Positions 52,266-62,244 of a DNA stretch of 64,000 nt are shown piece by piece. The stretch is taken from positions 89,412 to 153,411 of the forward strand of contig CAWAIK010000004.1 in NCBI GenBank assembly GCA_963782115.1. Direction: 5' to 3'. Numbering within the stretch: position 1 is the stretch's first letter; the number at the start of each line of letters is the position of its first letter. Under the pieces are notes generated by a model that worked only from the letters and a program-made list of their open reading frames with translations, searched no databases and was not told the DNA's origin. The stretch comes from an uncultured Verrucomicrobiae bacterium. Lineage in GTDB: Bacteria; Verrucomicrobiota; Verrucomicrobiia; Chthoniobacterales; JAFAMB01. Made by a program: the position numbers and the translations under genes.

Positions 52266-53588
52266 GTGACAAAGATCATGCCCATGCCCGATGCTACCGA
52301 AGAACTGGTCTTTGCGATTCAACCGAAACGAGAGTCGGTTGTATGGCAGCAGAACCAGCTCGCCGAAGCCCGCTATAAGCTCAGTCCGCGTGAACAGAAA
52401 CTGTTGCTTTACGTGATCGCGATGATCGAACCCGAAGCCCAGGATTTCGGGAAATGCAAGGTCTCCGTCAAAGATTATGCGGAGTTGACTGGGCTCAAAG
52501 TGGCCGACTTATACCAGGAACTGAGGGACAGCGCCTTGGCTATTCGCGAGAAAACTCTGGTGGTCGAAAATGTCTTGGAACCGGGGATGAAAAAGCCAGT
52601 CCGACGGCATGGAAGCTGGTTCGAATATGTTGATGAAGCGGTGGGTGACGGTCACATCACCATCAAACTTAGCTCCTGGCTCAGACCATTCCTAATCCAT
52701 GTGCGTCGGGAATTCTTCCAGTATCGCCTTGGCTACGCCATGGGACTCAAAAGCGAGTATGCCATCCGGCTGTATCAATGGCTGAAGCGATGGCAGTTCG
52801 TTCGTCGCAAGACCGCATCAATCCAGCAATTGAGGCTCGAGCTCGGTGCGACCGAAGTTGATCGCGACGGCAACATCATCCGGGAAAATTTGGCCGCCTA
52901 CAAACATTTCAAAAACAAGGCTATTCTTCCTGGGGTCAAGGAGATCAATGCCAAGACAGATCTCAGAGTGTCCTTTGCGGAAGAGAAAGCCTTGGGTTCC
53001 AAGGCCGTCGCCGGAATCATCTTTTTTATCAAAGAAAATCTCGAAAATCTAGAGACACTCAAACCCATCGCCTTGCCGGAAAGGCCGCAGATGGAGTTAT
53101 CTTTGGATCCAGTAAATGTCCCACCCGCAGATGAAGTAAAACCACCAACGCTCGCCGAACTAGCCAGAGAGTTCGGACTGAGCGGCCCGCAAGAGACTAC
53201 CCTCCAGGGATATGTTGCGAGGGAAGGCCTCCAGTACTTGCTCGATAAGGCGGAGATTGTTCGATCTAGCCCGCGGACAAACGCCGGCCAGACGTTCATG
53301 GCAGCCCTTAAAGGAGATTGGCAGAAGCCGAAAACGATCGACAAAAAGAAGCCGGCTAAGAAGGCATCCACAACGGAGAACCTTCATCCAGAGGATGCGC
53401 CCAAGATTGACTGGGACGGTCTCGCTAGAACCTGGATCGTGGCCAGCGATCAACAGCGATCGGAGTGGTTGGCGGCCATGCCCGCAGAAGCCCAACTTTT
53501 CGCGCCCAAGCCCGGCCAGAAACCACGCACAGCATTCCTGGCGAAGCTGAGCGAGATTATCAATACGGCAGTGAGGGCGGCCGCCTAA
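52266..53588 (+). CDS. repB: Rep_3 (RepB-type) plasmid replication initiator
   Basis: QNQLAEARYKLSPREQKLL, LKSEYAIRLYQWL, FKNKAI.P.VKEIN..TD; start may be a downstream ATG. Confidence 0.93.
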   Translation: MTKIMPMPDATEELVFAIQPKRESVVWQQNQLAEARYKLSPREQKLLLYVIAMIEPEAQDFGKCKVSVKDYAELTGLKVADLYQELRDSALAIREKTLVVENVLEPGMKKPVRRHGSWFEYVDEAVGDGHITIKLSSWLRPFLIHVRREFFQYRLGYAMGLKSEYAIRLYQWLKRWQFVRRKTASIQQLRLELGATEVDRDGNIIRENLAAYKHFKNKAILPGVKEINAKTDLRVSFAEEKALGSKAVAGIIFFIKENLENLETLKPIALPERPQMELSLDPVNVPPADEVKPPTLAELAREFGLSGPQETTLQGYVAREGLQYLLDKAEIVRSSPRTNAGQTFMAALKGDWQKPKTIDKKKPAKKASTTENLHPEDAPKIDWDGLARTWIVASDQQRSEWLAAMPAEAQLFAPKPGQKPRTAFLAKLSEIINTAVRAAA

Positions 53589-53826
53589 AACGCCGTTTCT
53601 GTCCCCAGTCTGATGCAACAGGGGTGAGCGAGGCAGCTGGCCAAAGAACCGATGGCGCGACCAAGGTAGAGCAAAGGCAATTTGAGATGAGCGTGACTTT
53701 TGCTTCCGCGTTGCATGTAGAACAAAATGGAACAAGGTGCTGTTTTGTCGATGAGACATTTACAAAGAAACTGATGCTAAGGCCTCCAAACTTCGAACGC
53801 ATTCTGGCAAGGTTCGGGAACGACTA

Positions 53827-55032
53827 GTGAAGCTATTTGCGCAACACGGCTTTAGCGACGGGTTAAAGACCGTAGAAGGATTAAGAAAAGAGTTAATCGA
53901 CGGAGTCATCTTTAGCCCACGGGACATCACGCCCGAAAAGCTGCGAGAATGCGCAAGTAAATTCACAGAATCAGCCCCGATTTCTGAACGGCTCTTTGAC
54001 CCGCAATATTACGCTACTCTTAGCGCCCTCGATCCATTCTCACGGACGGGTTATTTGCAAGAGGAATACTCTTGCTACTTCGAGCGGCGTCGGTACGACC
54101 AGCTCCTTCGCGAGAGCGAGGTGATTGAGGCCGTTAGCAAGGTTCTGGAGTGCGAGGCGGCCCTGCCACTTACGGCGCTCATTGGGCCCAATATCATCAT
54201 TGGCCGCTCATTTGATTCACCAGAGGCAGCGATCGCCATGAACTTTGTTCGAGCGACCGGAGTCCAAGGCAAAAGGATCGCTCCGGAAAAGCGTATCTAC
54301 GCCACTCTGGCAGTTTCTGGAGAAGCGTTGATCAACATAGAGGAGCTGCTGCGCTTCTTGAATCAACTGATCGTGCTCGAAACCCCTCCAGATGGCTTCT
54401 ACGTTTTGGTGGCACCGGGCAACACTGAAGCTCGCGCAGACCTTTTCAATGCGGAGGTGATCGCTGGATGGATGTTCTTGAACCACGTGCTCTCGGTAAA
54501 CGGCTTTTTGGTAATTAACGGCTTTTCAGACCTCTTGACGCCATTTCTAGGAGCGGCCGGTGCCGAGGCTGGAGCCACCGGCTGGTGGTCGAACCTCAGG
54601 ACGTTCTCTCTTGAGCGTTTCAGTCCAGCGACCGGTGGCGGTCGGACGCCGACTGAAAGATACCTCAGCTGCGCCTTGCTCAATCGGATCACGTATTACG
54701 AACTTGATATCTTGCGGCGCCGGGTGCGCAGCGTACTCAACAGACTTGGTACCGACGCCCTTTATGCGTGGGAGGGGTCCCAGCCGCCTCGCAACAAGGA
54801 AGTACTGCAAACTTGGGATGCCATCAAGGCGCTGAACCAAGCGCTTGTTAGCGTAGAAGAGGAAGAATCTCTACAACGTTGTGGCAAGGCTGTAAAAACC
54901 GCCCTGGACACCTACGCGTTAATCAGCCAGCAAGCCGTAGCGCTAAATTCCAAGTCCGGCGATTCTCACTTGGAAGAGTTGGCTGGCGCCCTTCGGCTAT
55001 TTAAGTGCCTTGCAGAGCTGGATTTTGTTTAA
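53827..55032 (+). CDS. Uncharacterised 401-aa protein, possible TIM barrel (beta/sce7725-like)
   Basis: QHG, DGVIFSPRD, LFDPQYY, DGFYV, ATGWWSNLRTFS..F..GGG..RY; family assignment is inferred. Confidence 0.65.
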   Translation: MKLFAQHGFSDGLKTVEGLRKELIDGVIFSPRDITPEKLRECASKFTESAPISERLFDPQYYATLSALDPFSRTGYLQEEYSCYFERRRYDQLLRESEVIEAVSKVLECEAALPLTALIGPNIIIGRSFDSPEAAIAMNFVRATGVQGKRIAPEKRIYATLAVSGEALINIEELLRFLNQLIVLETPPDGFYVLVAPGNTEARADLFNAEVIAGWMFLNHVLSVNGFLVINGFSDLLTPFLGAAGAEAGATGWWSNLRTFSLERFSPATGGGRTPTERYLSCALLNRITYYELDILRRRVRSVLNRLGTDALYAWEGSQPPRNKEVLQTWDAIKALNQALVSVEEEESLQRCGKAVKTALDTYALISQQAVALNSKSGDSHLEELAGALRLFKCLAELDFV

Positions 55033-55611
55033 AATCGATTCGATTGCCTTGTTTCGTGCTTCCAGGTTTCTGGCCGTGCCTTGGTGCGGAGTGAAGTATT
55101 TTGTGATCACGTCGGTGTCCGGATCAAAACTCCACAATCCGACATCCAGCGATGCGAAAAGTTCCAGACGCTTAGAGGCCCTCTCGGCAACAACTCCCGG
55201 AAGGACAACGATTGAGCGGTCGCAGAAGTACCGGTAACGGTATGCCTGTACAATACCTTTGCGCCAGTCGCGGAGTTTGAGTTCAAAAGCGGTAAGCTGC
55301 TGGCGTTGTAGCTTCTGTCGAAGCGCCTCAAGCGACAACACGGTGGCTTGGTTTTGATCAGTGCTCCATGCAAAGGTGATGAGATCCGGGATCCCGTAGC
55401 CCTGCAAGGCGAAGTCCCGCCAAGTGATTTGTTTAGTTTGGCAATGGCCGACAACGAAAGCCCGCTCGAAAGAGCAGAGGAAATTAGCCTCGGCCCGCTT
55501 TCGCGAGATGCTGGGCGGAAGGTTCTTGCGCGGGCTCGTGCTTCTGAAGCGGACTAGATGATTTGAGGTCACGCCCTGAATTGGCTTGAGGGACGCTCCA
55601 GAGCCTAACAA
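54997..55611 (-). CDS. PD-(D/E)XK nuclease-fold protein (MmcB/sce7726/cII-like)
   Basis: GIPDL...AFELKLRDWRKGIVQAYRY..F.D.SIVVLP...VGLW; start uncertain. Confidence 0.75.
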   Translation of the reverse strand: MLGSGASLKPIQGVTSNHLVRFRSTSPRKNLPPSISRKRAEANFLCSFERAFVVGHCQTKQITWRDFALQGYGIPDLITFAWSTDQNQATVLSLEALRQKLQRQQLTAFELKLRDWRKGIVQAYRYRYFCDRSIVVLPGVVAERASKRLELFASLDVGLWSFDPDTDVITKYFTPHQGTARNLEARNKAIESILNKIQLCKALK

Positions 55612-56576
55612 AGCGCCGTGGTAAGCGCAATGGTCTCTCCTCGCATTTTCCCTTTTGGATCTGCCGCAGTCTTGCTGGCCACGAGACGATCCATATGATC
55701 CGCAAAGGCCAAGCGTGCCAATGTGTGCTGCACTGCTTCAGTCTTGGTCTGTTCGCTGCGACCCAGCTAAATTTCCGATCATCTACCCCGCCTTCGCCTC
55801 GACTACAAACTTACAATCCTTCCCTTTGAACGGCGGGGGAACTAGCCGTGTCTGATATCACTGGTTAAGGCGATTCGGGCTCGCGTGCGAAATCTCTCTA
55901 CTCCTTGGCGTACGCCGGGCCCGGGTCATTTTTTTTCATACAGCCGCCCAAAGTGCAAGCCGTTTGCTAAACGGGTTGAAGGAATGCTCAGACTGGGGGC
56001 TTACTAAGGCCCCTCAATTATGCGCTTCGCTCGTGGGGGAGGGCCCAGGTTCCAAGACGCTTCAAGACCGCAACAAGGCTCTGGAAAGTCTGAGCCGCGA
56101 TCAAGGAAGAGGCGAGGGGAGATTTCGGTGGTGCTCACCAGTCAACAACTTAAGGTTCCTATCCATCTGCGAGGCCGCCTTTCGCTTGGGGAAGAAGCAG
56201 CCGAACTGGCGTCAAGCCAGCCCTGGGGCGAAATCCGTGGTATGTGCAACCGACTCGAGTCACGCTTACGACCGCATTGACCTCGATATCTTCGCCCGTG
56301 ATTGGAGAAAGAACTTCCTGCGCATCGGCTTCCGGATCCGTTTCAGCCCTGAGGTGCATCGTCACCGACAGGATGTCCGTCCCGTCAGCCTTAACGGGCG
56401 ACGCGGCTTACTGTACACTTGGCGGAGCGGTTGGCCCCTGGATACGTGATTGTCATTCCCGCTCATGGTGATCTGCTTATCCTGGGGTTTGGGTCCTGGT
56501 CTGGGGCTGGTGCTTAACGTAATGGTAACCTTTATCCAGGTGTTGCGGCAGCCAGCAGGCCGCAAAAAGAAAAGAG

Positions 56577-56816
56577 ATGCCGACAATTCTTCGCAAAGAC
56601 GGTTTTCGCTTTTTCTTCTTTAGCCGGGAAGGGACTGAACCTGCACATATTCACGTCGAACAAGCGGAGCGATACGCAAAATTTTGGTTAGAACCTGCCG
56701 TTTTGTTGGAAGAGTCAAGAGGGTTTCAGAGCTCTGATCTCTTAAGGATTCACAATCTAATTGAGGAAAACCGGGAATTGTTTAGGCTGAAGTGGGATGA
56801 GCATTTTAGCCAGTAA
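56577..56816 (+). CDS. DUF4160 domain protein (toxin-like)
   Basis: MPTILR..GFRFFFFSRE..EP.HIHV..AKFWL..W.EHF. Confidence 0.9.
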   Translation: MPTILRKDGFRFFFFSREGTEPAHIHVEQAERYAKFWLEPAVLLEESRGFQSSDLLRIHNLIEENRELFRLKWDEHFSQ

Positions 56817-57039
56817 AGTGTCGTCTGATGTTATAGACGTACAGGTATTGGATGCGGAGTTGGTTCTGCGCCTTTCGGATGGTCGCACCGTTTCGGCACC
56901 CCTGGCTTGGTTTCCACGCCTTTTGCACGGAACACCGGAGCAGCGCAACAATTGGCGACTCATCGGCAAAGGCGTCGGCATCCACTGGCCGGATCTGGAT
57001 GAAGACATCTCGGTACGCAGCCTGCTGGCTACGTCTTGA
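56797..57039 (+). CDS. DUF2442 domain protein (antitoxin-like)
   Basis: L.DGRTVSAPL.WFPRL..TPEQ..NW..IG.G.GIHWPDLDEDIS. Confidence 0.92.
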   Translation: MSILASKVSSDVIDVQVLDAELVLRLSDGRTVSAPLAWFPRLLHGTPEQRNNWRLIGKGVGIHWPDLDEDISVRSLLATS

Positions 57040-57350
57040 CGGGTTTGTGTTTGGAAAGGTAGGGCAAGCTTCCGGCAAGGTCGGAAGGCATCCAACAGCG
57101 TCTGTGTGTCCTCGGCGAGTGTGCGCTTGATGGCTGTGGCCAAATCTTCTTTCCGGCTATTGGTCGCGTTGAGAATCAGCTCGGCACCTCGACTCCCGGA
57201 TCAGTATGTCGACACACCGCCACAGGATGAGCTTGGGCTTGAGCTGTGAACGGACCATGCCGGCGATCTCTTTCGCTTTTCGTACCTTTGTTGGAATTTA
57301 AGCCCTGTCTTTGAATTGCTGAGCTCGCCGGTCTTGATCAATGACGCCCA

Positions 57351-57638
57351 TCAAACCTGGACCCTTTCAAATTGGCACTCATGAAGACAGAGCTCGAAGG
57401 CCGTGTAGATCGCCGGCTGCTCTCCAGGGTTTAAGCGGAATCGGGATTCCAAATAGAAAAACCCCGGCACGTCACACTGGCCCACTATGTTCCATTCGCG
57501 GTAAGAGTGGGGGTGGTCGATCAGGAGGCGAACCTTAGCGTAGGGTTGGGCAAACTTGCGGCCAATCGAAATCTCGTCGGGCTTCGCGGGTTGTTGCTGA
57601 GACTTTGGAGCTTTTTTCTTTCTAGTACGCTTGCTCAT
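57351..57638 (-). CDS. Hypothetical protein downstream of the relaxase
   Basis: 95-aa ORF with a basic N-terminus, co-oriented with the relaxase. Confidence 0.5.
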   Translation of the reverse strand: MSKRTRKKKAPKSQQQPAKPDEISIGRKFAQPYAKVRLLIDHPHSYREWNIVGQCDVPGFFYLESRFRLNPGEQPAIYTAFELCLHECQFERVQV

Positions 57639-57764
57639 AGCAACTGGTTCTCGAAGGTGAGCCGCTTACAAGGCTCCGGATCGTCTAGGAGTGTTGCGCG
57701 ACTCGAGAGCGCACGGCTGAAGGCAAAGCGGCGCCGGTTAACCGGAGGCACTTTTGTTCTTGGG

Positions 57765-60695
57765 TCAGAAACCCATGCTGATCCCTCGTTCCTGCGTTTG
57801 ATCGTGTTTTGGCTGTGTCGGTGCAGGGGAATGATGATGCTCGTGCGCGGCGTTTCGCTGTAGGATTTTCTGGTGCTTCATGAGGGCCTTTTGAATTTCC
57901 TTTTCAAGCCGTACTGCCAGGAGCTGTTCCTGCAGGTCGGGCTCAATTGCCTGCTCTGTTTCGGGCTCTTTTCCTTGAGCCTGACGCGTGTGCTCGCTTG
58001 CGGACTCGCGGTCGCCTGAACGGGTGGCAGCCTCCCGCAGCACGGCCGTTGAATCGGTGTAGATGCGCAATTGTTCTCGAGCCCGAGAAACGGTCACGGT
58101 CATTTGTTTGGCGTCGATCTGATTTTCTGCGCTCGCTGGCAGAAAGGCCAGAGTCACATCGCACTGGTGACCCTGGCTGGCTTGCGAACTGACCGAATAG
58201 CCCTGCCTGAGGTGCAAGCCCTGGGAGGCGTCCAGGACGCGATGGTTATCGAGGTGGAGCAAATTACCCTCGATCTTTTGGACTTTGACGAGGTCGCCGT
58301 TGTAAAGGCCGCGCCGGGCATTGTTTTGGGTGACCATTAGGCGCTCACCCACGGCAATCGACAGGATGTCCTGCCGGTAAACTTGAAAGGCTTTCGGCTG
58401 GTGGAGCGGTAGGGGCTTTTCTTCGTCGTCCTGGCTTTGAACCATCACCCGTCCTGCTTGGACCCGCTTAACTTTGTACTGCTTTCCAGACTTAAAACCA
58501 CCTTCGGCCAGCCGATGAAACTGCACGATCTGACCGGGCCGGTAACAGACTGGATCTGAGCGTTGAGCGTCGGTGAGATCGACGCGTTCTAACCTGGTCA
58601 CCGAATGATCCAGGGCGCCAAGTAACCCCTCAGCTTTGAGTCTCTGGCGGGTGGCCGCTGCAATCGCATCACCGTGTGAATGGCGCAACGCAATCACCAA
58701 GGGATCTTGCCCTTTTTTGTAAAAGGAAATTGTGTCTTCCACTAGCTGCTGCAACGCCTGGGTTTCCGTGTCGCGTTCCCGAATCATCTCGGCTTGGTGG
58801 AGCCGATTAAAACCTGCCTCTAAGCGGCGAGCGTGGTAATCCTCAACCGCGGCAAGCAGTTGAGTGTTGGTTTGGCGGTAAATCTTCTCCAGATCGGCCC
58901 GAGCCAAGGTTTGATCCTCGAGCAGGTCGGCAAAGGGGGTGCCACGTTCAACGGCATCGTGCTGGCGAGGATCCCCCCAGAAAACCAGCCGGCAATGATG
59001 GTCCCGGGCAAAGGTCAAAAGCCACTCGGCTCGTGCATTGTCCAGAAAACTAGCCTCATCGCAGAACAGGACCCGTCCGGCGGCTTCTTGCTGCAACCTG
59101 GGATCGACTCTCAGCCGGTCAACGGTCATGGCGTCCTCTGCCTCTGCGGCTTCGCGCACCGCCTCAACGGCTCTAGCGCTGGGCGCTAAGACCAAAGGTT
59201 TAGCTCCGGTGGCTTGTTGAATGGCTGCCGAAGCTTGGCCGATGGCTCTGGACTTGCCTGCGCCCGGTTTACCGGCGATTGCAACGGCCAGGTCACGGTT
59301 GGACATCACCAACTCCACGGCGGCGAGTTGCCCCGCGTCCAGATTCGGATCAGTGACCGTCCAGGCCTTACCTTGACCCAAAGACTCATAATGGTTGCGG
59401 CCGGCAATCGCCACGTTTCTGATCCGTGCCTCTTCAGCAAGGATTTCCCGAGTCGTGAACTTGCCCGGTTCTAGCAGGCTCTGGACAAAGCGCGGATCAT
59501 CGCGAACGAAGGCCTTTGCTTGTTCCATGCTGACCTTGCCCACGCCTCGTTTAAGGAACTCCGAGGCCAGGACCACCTCCGAAGCAACAGAGCGGTTACG
59601 AAAGACGTGCTCCAGCGTCTTTTGTTGCGCTAGTTCTACGTCCAGAAAGTTCGTGGACTGGATCTCTCGCGCAAGCTCCGGGCTCAGGCTGTCCCAACGT
59701 TGGGCTCCCATTTGCTGGCGCCAATCCTCCCGTTGTCCTTCTTTGGTAAGCACGGCCTGGCTTTTTTTCTCGCGTGTTCTGCCTCCGAGCTTGGCCTTTT
59801 CCATGGCGTAAGCGTCCGCGACATCCATGCCGGTCTTTTCAGCTAACCACCGGGCGCTAGCCCAAAGCTTTTTGTGGTCCCGCTTAGCCTCGGCTTCAAT
59901 CTGGGTGGTCCGCTTGGAGAAACGCTCAACCTCTTCATCGCTAATGCAGGCCAGTTCCCAACCATTATCCACGCGCCTGATGCCGTAGCCGGCCGCTCTC
60001 AACTTCTCGGCTAGCCGGTGATGAAAAGCCTCTTGGTACCAGGGCGCTTCGGCTTTCAGGCGCCGAAACTGGCCGGCTTTCCATCGCTGTTCTACCGGGT
60101 CGTAGGTGGCATTGTGGACAAAGACGTGAGCGTGCCAATGGGGACAGGTTCGTCCCTGGATGGGTCGCGACTCCCGATGGACAAAGGTTGAATAGATCAT
60201 CTCGCCGGTTAGCCGGTCATGGTCGTGCGGGTTACCGTCAGGCCCTTTACCACGAACCTTGCACTGCATGCGGGCCTCCGCCTCATCCATGGTTGCCGCA
60301 AGGGCTTGGTGGGCGAGTTTCTCCACCAGGGGGTCTTCGGTGCTGGTCAAGTACAAGCTGACCGATTTAGGCACACTGAAAGTCCAATCGTAACCGGTTT
60401 GGCGATTGGCCACCTCCTTCCATTCCCATTGGCCGGTAATGGGGTCTAATTTCCATTCTTCCCGGGTCGTGTTATTCCGTGCGGTCAACCGGTCTAGTCC
60501 TTTCGAACCCGGCACCCGATTTCTAACCAACGCCACAAAATCCTCACGTTCCACTTCGCCCTTGAGCTGCAGGCGCTGGGCGCCTTTCCCTCCCCAAAGC
60601 CCTACTTCCTTCGCATAGTAATCGCTTCGTTTGAGCGCTTCATCAAAGTAGCGCTCTGCACCATCTGCACTCATGCATCTAGTGATTCTCAACAT
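57765..60695 (-). CDS. MOBF (TrwC/TraI-type) relaxase-helicase
   Basis: YF..SDYY, DWTFSVPKSVS, H.ESRP..CPHWHAHVFV.N (3H), FSKR, GKPGAGKS, DEA, GD.RQ, SQG. Confidence 0.95.
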   Translation of the reverse strand: MLRITRCMSADGAERYFDEALKRSDYYAKEVGLWGGKGAQRLQLKGEVEREDFVALVRNRVPGSKGLDRLTARNNTTREEWKLDPITGQWEWKEVANRQTGYDWTFSVPKSVSLYLTSTEDPLVEKLAHQALAATMDEAEARMQCKVRGKGPDGNPHDHDRLTGEMIYSTFVHRESRPIQGRTCPHWHAHVFVHNATYDPVEQRWKAGQFRRLKAEAPWYQEAFHHRLAEKLRAAGYGIRRVDNGWELACISDEEVERFSKRTTQIEAEAKRDHKKLWASARWLAEKTGMDVADAYAMEKAKLGGRTREKKSQAVLTKEGQREDWRQQMGAQRWDSLSPELAREIQSTNFLDVELAQQKTLEHVFRNRSVASEVVLASEFLKRGVGKVSMEQAKAFVRDDPRFVQSLLEPGKFTTREILAEEARIRNVAIAGRNHYESLGQGKAWTVTDPNLDAGQLAAVELVMSNRDLAVAIAGKPGAGKSRAIGQASAAIQQATGAKPLVLAPSARAVEAVREAAEAEDAMTVDRLRVDPRLQQEAAGRVLFCDEASFLDNARAEWLLTFARDHHCRLVFWGDPRQHDAVERGTPFADLLEDQTLARADLEKIYRQTNTQLLAAVEDYHARRLEAGFNRLHQAEMIRERDTETQALQQLVEDTISFYKKGQDPLVIALRHSHGDAIAAATRQRLKAEGLLGALDHSVTRLERVDLTDAQRSDPVCYRPGQIVQFHRLAEGGFKSGKQYKVKRVQAGRVMVQSQDDEEKPLPLHQPKAFQVYRQDILSIAVGERLMVTQNNARRGLYNGDLVKVQKIEGNLLHLDNHRVLDASQGLHLRQGYSVSSQASQGHQCDVTLAFLPASAENQIDAKQMTVTVSRAREQLRIYTDSTAVLREAATRSGDRESASEHTRQAQGKEPETEQAIEPDLQEQLLAVRLEKEIQKALMKHQKILQRNAAHEHHHSPAPTQPKHDQTQERGISMGF

Positions 60696-60800
60696 GCTTG
60701 GCTTATCGTCCTTCCGGGCTTAAGCTTACTAGCGTTACTCCATGGACCATATTCAACGCGCCGAAACAAGCCAAGAACTCCTCGAACCCGTCAGGCGTCC

Positions 60801-60930
60801 ACCCTTAACGCTTCGCGTTAAGGAAGACAAGACCGAAATCTAATGAATACCAGCTGTGAGGTTTTGTATTCATTAAGTGTGCGTTAGTATTGAACAGGTA
60901 GGTTCTAAGTGGATTTCCTAATGAATCCTA
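60801..60930. other. Origin of transfer (oriT) candidate
   Basis: Hairpin ccttaacgc..gcgttaagg; IR taatgaatac..gtattcatta followed by gtgtgcgttagtatt (resembles MOBF nic regions); lies between the divergent relaxase and accessory genes. Confidence 0.75.
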
Positions 60931-60975
60931 TTGCTTTCTCAATGCGGATCTGATGGGTTCAAGGGACTGATAGGG

Positions 60976-61410
60976 ATGACCAAAAGACGCACTTACAACA
61001 CGAAACCGCCCACGGTGCATCCCAAGCCGTTTCAAAGCGCGCTGTGGAATCACCTTGAAGAAATTCGTCAAATGCGTCGAGCCCGTAAGATGTGGGCCGA
61101 GATCGCTGCGCATCTCAAAGAGGCACACGGCCTGGAAGTCAGTTACCGGACCATCCGGAACTTCTTTATCCGCACGCGGTCGCCTAAGCGGCGCATCCCT
61201 GCCGGCTTCGAAGAAAGCCTTGGCCTACCCGTGCCGCAGCCCGGCCTGGTCTCGAGATCAGCCTTGCCGATGACTCCCACGAAACCGGTTCCGGTCCCGG
61301 GAGATCCCGAGTTCATCCTGCCGGAGGCAGAGACGTCCCCGGAACTTTCCATTAACGAGAAGAAACTAAAACAACTCAGAGAATCCCGCCAACGTGAACA
61401 AAAGTCCTGA
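60976..61410 (+). CDS. Relaxosome accessory protein (TraK/MobC-like HTH)
   Basis: EEIRQMRRARKMWAEIAAHLKEAHGLEVSYRTIRNFF; first gene after oriT. Confidence 0.65.
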   Translation: MTKRRTYNTKPPTVHPKPFQSALWNHLEEIRQMRRARKMWAEIAAHLKEAHGLEVSYRTIRNFFIRTRSPKRRIPAGFEESLGLPVPQPGLVSRSALPMTPTKPVPVPGDPEFILPEAETSPELSINEKKLKQLRESRQREQKS

Positions 61411-62233
61411 AAGCCAATCTCCCAAGCTCAAAGCCATTCGGTCGCGATGGCTAGCCTGTACCCAATCGACCGGCCGGGTGGGGAAGTCGACCGCCGCCGA
61501 AGGCATTATCACCTGGTTGCGCTACGCCGGGGTAGCGTACGCGGCTTATGACGCGGACGGGGAACATCGGACGCTTTCAAGCCGATATCCGGATGACGTG
61601 GAGAAATTCGACGCCGCCAATAGCCCCGAAGAGTTCAGCCGGCTTCTGGAGCGGATTTCGGAAGATTTTCCGGTTACTTTGGTGGATTTTCCGGCGCAGG
61701 CGACCCGATTTCTTTTGTCGTCGGTCGAACATTTCCGGCTGGTGGAGATCTTTGGCCGTCGAGGCATTCGACCTACTTTACTCATCTTTGCCGCAGACGA
61801 CTCCACGGCCATGGGCAGCGCCTCCCAGACGATTGGTATTTTCGATTCTGCGGCCGACTACATTTTGATCGAGAACCCGGCCCGGTTTTCGAGTGTCGAC
61901 TTTCGCAAGACTCGGCTGGCCAAGTGGTTCCAGGAACGTCATGCGCCTACCATCGTGATCCCGCCGGTGCTTGACTCCACCATGCGGGCCTGGGTGACAT
62001 TGGAACGCAAACTCAAGCGCTATCTGCCGCTCGATGAGGCCTGCAACCACCCAGAGTTAAGCGACATCAAGCAAGGCGAATTGCAGTTTTTACGGGACCG
62101 GTTTTGCGCCCAGTGTGAAGAGCATGCCGAAAGCCTCCTGCCGGAGGTTAGCCTGATCAAAACTCGGATGCCCAAAGGGGAGCTTGTCGGGGCACGCCAG
62201 GAAATTAACCCGCTCGAGGACCCGCTTTACTAA
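61394..62233 (+). CDS. TraL/MobD-like P-loop NTPase
   Basis: QSTGRVGKST, YDADGE, LVDFPA. Confidence 0.75.
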   Translation: MNKSPESQSPKLKAIRSRWLACTQSTGRVGKSTAAEGIITWLRYAGVAYAAYDADGEHRTLSSRYPDDVEKFDAANSPEEFSRLLERISEDFPVTLVDFPAQATRFLLSSVEHFRLVEIFGRRGIRPTLLIFAADDSTAMGSASQTIGIFDSAADYILIENPARFSSVDFRKTRLAKWFQERHAPTIVIPPVLDSTMRAWVTLERKLKRYLPLDEACNHPELSDIKQGELQFLRDRFCAQCEEHAESLLPEVSLIKTRMPKGELVGARQEINPLEDPLY

Positions 62234-62244
62234 GGAAAAAGTCG

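Noticed and set aside
55860..56570. Possible third gene or ncRNA beside the beta/cII-like pair; GC stem with a T-run near 55875-55937
   Set aside because: Short ORFs on both strands lack motifs; the stem may be a terminator but I cannot support a call
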